Part shown: positions 60,630 through 64,000 of the stretch, piece by piece
Layout of the letters: each line of letters opens with the position of its first letter
Numbering within the stretch: the first letter of the stretch is position 1
Source of the DNA: an uncultured delta proteobacterium
Lineage (GTDB): Bacteria; Myxococcota_A; Polyangia; Fen-1088
DNA length: 64,000 bases
Direction: 5' to 3'
NCBI GenBank assembly: GCA_963796685.1
Contig: CAWCMR010000025.1
Coordinates: 1,472,001-1,536,000, forward strand
Translations under genes and position numbers: made by a program
The notes under the pieces: generated by a model
What the model saw: only the letters and a program-made list of their open reading frames with translations
Databases searched by the model: none
What the model was told of the DNA's origin: nothing

Positions 60630-62156
60630 ATGCCCAGCAAGTCTTTGATCCGAAAATCCGGCTCGAGCGCCACGTCGCCACGCCACGAGCTGTACCACGA
60701 GATCTTCGGTTCGATCCTCGATCGGACCGAGATGACGCCGTACCTGTTGCTGCGCTCGGATGCCTACCGGGTCGCGCTTCTACAGGCAACGCGCATGATG
60801 GGCAATCGCGGGTTCGATACCCAGGGCACGGACGAGCTGCGCCCAGGGGAAAAGGCGCGTGCCCAGGCCTATGTCCGCCAGGTCCGGCGCTACTTCGTCG
60901 GCTGGTTGCTGCCCTTCATGAAAAAGCAACTGGTCGAGCTCGCGGCCTTGAAGTCGGGCAACCACGGCCGCTACCGGTCGTGCCAGCGGGCCATCGGCAA
61001 GCTGCACGCCACGCTGGCGGACCAGGGGTTTGGCCGCCTTGTCGACCGCGACCCGCGCCATCTCTTTCTGCTCGCTTCCTCGCGCAAGTACCCGGGGCTT
61101 TTTCACGGCTACCGCGGGCGGAACCTCGTCATCCCGGACGCTTGGCAGCGCATGGCGTGCGCCATGCTCAAGATGGGGCACATCATCAAGTCCATCGAGG
61201 AGGACAGCCAGGACATCCACGACTACGCCCAGCTCGGCATCTTCCTCGAAAGCCGATCGCGCCGCCTCGACGACCTCTTCAACTTCAACTGGGAAAGCCC
61301 CGACGTCTTGCCCGACGACGAGCCCGCCCGGCGCGCCTTCGTCAAGCTTTCGGTCTTCTTTCACAAGCTGAAGGAATCGATGACCTTCGACCGGGCCAAG
61401 GCCTGCCTGGTCTTCAACAGCGGCGATGGCGTCGAGGTCGACATCCTCGAGGTGAAGGCCCGGCTCAAGAGCCCGGAGAGCATGTTCACCAAGCTCGGCA
61501 AGAATGTGGAAGGCGAGGCCCACGACATTCGCGACATCCTGGCCATCACGTTTCTGCTCAAGAGCCGCGAGGACACGCTGACCTTGTTTCACGCCTTGCA
61601 GAAGCGCGGCGTGATCCTGCAAGAGAACACCGTCTCGCACTCGATCACGCAGACGCTCTTCGACACGCCGGCCGACATGATCGAGGCGGTGCGCCGCTTG
61701 ACCCTGGCCCTGGCGCGCAGCGAGGGCAGTGTGGCGCGCGCGCCGGTGGGGCAGCTGCGGGCCGAGGCCAGGGAGTTCTTCAGCGCCCTCAGTGTCAATG
61801 CCAGTCACAACGCGGACTCTGCCCTCGGGCACCGCAAGTTCCAGTGCAAGATCAACTACTCGCTGCCCATCCACCGCGACGCCGCCACCAACCAGATCCT
61901 GGTTCCCGGCACGGCGGACTACGCCGCGAGAGACGCTCATCCCATCACGACCCAGCAGCACACCTTGGGGGTCGAGTTGCGCATTTCGGATCGCCAGAGC
62001 TGGCATGTCTCGGAGCTGAAGGGCGAATCCCACCACGACGCGTACCGCTTTCGCCAGCTTCTCGCCCTGATGAATCGCCTCTTTCGCCCCACCTTCGATT
62101 TTCCGCGCGAAGGCGACGCGCAGCTGCGTAGGGATCAGGGCCGCATCTTCGGGTGA
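60630..62156 (+). CDS. Divergent RelA/SpoT-fold nucleotidyltransferase, TIGR04552/TIGR04562-like
   Basis: ARLKSPESMFTKL, DIRDILAITF, VELRI, GESHHDAYR; N-half LFLLAS and ACAMLKMGHII. Confidence 0.65.
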   Translation: MPSKSLIRKSGSSATSPRHELYHEIFGSILDRTEMTPYLLLRSDAYRVALLQATRMMGNRGFDTQGTDELRPGEKARAQAYVRQVRRYFVGWLLPFMKKQLVELAALKSGNHGRYRSCQRAIGKLHATLADQGFGRLVDRDPRHLFLLASSRKYPGLFHGYRGRNLVIPDAWQRMACAMLKMGHIIKSIEEDSQDIHDYAQLGIFLESRSRRLDDLFNFNWESPDVLPDDEPARRAFVKLSVFFHKLKESMTFDRAKACLVFNSGDGVEVDILEVKARLKSPESMFTKLGKNVEGEAHDIRDILAITFLLKSREDTLTLFHALQKRGVILQENTVSHSITQTLFDTPADMIEAVRRLTLALARSEGSVARAPVGQLRAEAREFFSALSVNASHNADSALGHRKFQCKINYSLPIHRDAATNQILVPGTADYAARDAHPITTQQHTLGVELRISDRQSWHVSELKGESHHDAYRFRQLLALMNRLFRPTFDFPREGDAQLRRDQGRIFG

Positions 62157-62531
62157 ATGGCTACCGACTTCCAGCGTCGACACGCCCCATCCAACGCTGC
62201 GGCCCTCCATCCAGTGCGTCGACACACCAAGCTCTGCCGACCGCCGCAGACCGTTCGCATTTGAGGAATCTCGTCCCAGGCAAGTCGCCCACCGTGTGGC
62301 CTCGACCTGTGGAGCGGCCGGCGTGGGCGAGGCGTGTCCGCCGAACCGTCGGGCGTCGGCGTCGACTCGGATTCGCTCGAGGAACCGTCATCATATCCCT
62401 GCATTACGGTCCTTGAAAGTTGGCAAATGGTAACTGGGCGTGCGCCTGCCGTCGATTGTGGCCACAATTGAAGTGTGGGCCGGCGTCCTTGTTCGACGTG
62501 TCGGCATCTATACAACAGGAATCAAACATCC

Positions 62532-63632
62532 ATGTCTGTCTCGACCCTCTTCGAACCCTTCACACTCGGAAAGCTCGCGCTCAAGAACCGTATCGTCATG
62601 GCTCCCATGATGAGAAATCGAGCGGTGGAGTCCAATACTCCGAACCAACTCATGGCCGAGTACTACGCCCAGCGCGCGGCAGCCGGCCTCATCATCACGG
62701 AAGGCACCTCGCCGTCGCCGAATGGCACCGGGTACGCGCGCATTCCCGGGCTTTGGGCCGCGCGCCAGGTCGCGGGCTGGAAGAAGGTCACCGACGCCGT
62801 TCACGCCAAGAACGGGCGCATCTTCGTGCAGCTCATGCACACCGGGCGGGTGGGCCATCCCCTGAATTTGCCCGCTGGCGCGCAGCTTCTCGCGCCCAGT
62901 GCGGTGCCTGCCGAGGGCACCGTGCTCACCGATGCACAGGGCGCGCAACCCTACCCCGTGCCGCGCGCGATGAGCGAGGCCGAGGTGTGGGCCACGGTGG
63001 ACGAATACAAGTCGGCCGCGCTGAAAGCGGTGGCCGCGGGATTCGACGGCGTGGAGCTGGACGGCACGAACGGCACTCTCCTGGAACAGTTCCTGAGCCC
63101 GCACAGCAACCAGCGCGAGGATTCCTGGGGCGGCTCGGTCGACAAGCGCATCGGGTTCCTGGTCGAGGTGGCCAAGCAGGTGACCACGGTCATCGGTGGC
63201 GGGCGGGTCGGCATCCGCCTGTCTCCCTACGGCATGAGCCCCAATGCGAAGACCTATCCCGAGATCGACGAAACCTACAAGGCCTTGGTGGCGCGACTCG
63301 CCCCCTACGGCCTCGTGTACATCCACCTCGTCGATCGCTCCAGCACGGGCGCGCCCATGATACCTGACCGCCTCAAGCAGGTCTTGCGGCGGGCCTGGCC
63401 GCGCACCATCGTCCTTGCCGGGGGCCTCGACCGCTCTTTGGCAGAGGCTGCGTTCCGCGACGGCAAGGGAGATCTCTTCGCCTTCGGCCGCGCCTTTCTC
63501 GCCAACCCGGATTTGGTGCTGCGCCTCGAGGGCAATCTGCCGCTCAATCCGCCCGATCCCTCCACCTTCTACACACCGGGCCCCAAGGGGTACACCGACT
63601 ATCCCCTGGTCACCGCGCTCAACTTAGCGTGA
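62532..63632 (+). CDS. Old Yellow Enzyme (NemA-like) flavoprotein with substituted active site
   Basis: LKNRIVMAPM, YYAQRA.AGLIITEG, QLMHTGR, N.R.D.WGGS, GIRLSP, FGR.FLANPDL, TFY...KGYTDYP. Confidence 0.9.
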   Translation: MSVSTLFEPFTLGKLALKNRIVMAPMMRNRAVESNTPNQLMAEYYAQRAAAGLIITEGTSPSPNGTGYARIPGLWAARQVAGWKKVTDAVHAKNGRIFVQLMHTGRVGHPLNLPAGAQLLAPSAVPAEGTVLTDAQGAQPYPVPRAMSEAEVWATVDEYKSAALKAVAAGFDGVELDGTNGTLLEQFLSPHSNQREDSWGGSVDKRIGFLVEVAKQVTTVIGGGRVGIRLSPYGMSPNAKTYPEIDETYKALVARLAPYGLVYIHLVDRSSTGAPMIPDRLKQVLRRAWPRTIVLAGGLDRSLAEAAFRDGKGDLFAFGRAFLANPDLVLRLEGNLPLNPPDPSTFYTPGPKGYTDYPLVTALNLA

Positions 63633-64000
63633 ACGGGTAGCTGACGATCTGGCTCGTGCCGGCGGCCGGGAAGCGGAGGCCGCCCATCACGCCCTTGATG
63701 CAACCGTAAAGGCCGTTTCGCTGGAGCACGGCGGGCCCTTCCACGCGCACGCCGCGCACGGTGCCTGCGCGCTGGATACGGAACTTGATGGTCACGCGGC
63801 CGGGCACGTAGGTCTCGGGATCCGGCCGCGCACGTGCGATGCAGTCCAAGATCGCCGATTCCCGGCTGCGAAAGTGCTCGTCGATCTCGATCTTGCGACA
63901 GCTCGGGCAGCTCCTTGTCGCTCGACATGTCCAGGCGAAGCACGTCGGGTTTGGACAGGTCGTCGCCCTGCGCGACGGGGCGGAGATCCGCGGCCGATAG
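63619..64000 (-). CDS. 3' part of an AgmX/TonB-C-like domain protein (cut by the window edge; frameshift near 63890)
   Basis: LSQDEIDEHF...ILDC...GRVTIKFRI...G.V......CI......LRFP......VSYPF. Confidence 0.7.
   Translation of the reverse strand, partial: YRPRISAPSRRATTCPNPTCFAWTCRATRSCPSCRKIEIDEHFRSRESAILDCIARARPDPETYVPGRVTIKFRIQRAGTVRGVRVEGPAVLQRNGLYGCIKGVMGGLRFPAAGTSQIVSYPFTLS

Noticed and set aside
62157-62531. Small ORFs or ncRNA between the RelA/SpoT-like gene and the OYE gene
   Set aside because: Candidate ORFs on both strands lack motifs and convincing codon bias; the short CGTCGACAC repeats are too weak to call.

Overview
GC-rich bacterial chromosomal window, most likely Myxococcota. 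This is inferred from a Ser/Thr kinase with a PEGA-like tail, a DUF4388 receiver protein, an AgmX-like C-terminal domain, a TIGR04552/04562-like protein and many Cys-rich lipoproteins. Core genes: rluA-like, udk, split class I fumarase, recCBD, slyD, mltG, ruvX/yqgF, leuCD, M16 peptidase, manC, pmm/pgm. Accessory or unusual content: (i) a Phd/VapC toxin-antitoxin islet between 90-bp direct repeats of the rluA/udk junction; (ii) an S4-less TlyA methyltransferase fused to a THUMP/RlmL methyltransferase; (iii) a complete NorR/sigma54 NO-response locus (short RIC hemerythrin, DUF1858-DUF438-hemerythrin-PAS protein, qNOR, cupin) with three readable NorR boxes; (iv) a DUF4258/MqsA-like TA pair; (v) MarR-linked leuCD with a perfect 22-bp palindrome; (vi) an orphan pfaD; (vii) a His/Cys-repeat plus symmetric 7-bladed propeller lipoprotein; (viii) a divergent RelA/SpoT-fold protein; (ix) an Old Yellow Enzyme lacking its canonical His/Tyr/Thr. 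About seven single-base frameshifts in otherwise intact genes suggest long-read assembly errors, so fusion and pseudogene calls need read-level checking. I saw no rRNA, tRNA, CRISPR array, integrase or transposase. All family assignments come from motif recognition by eye, not database searches.
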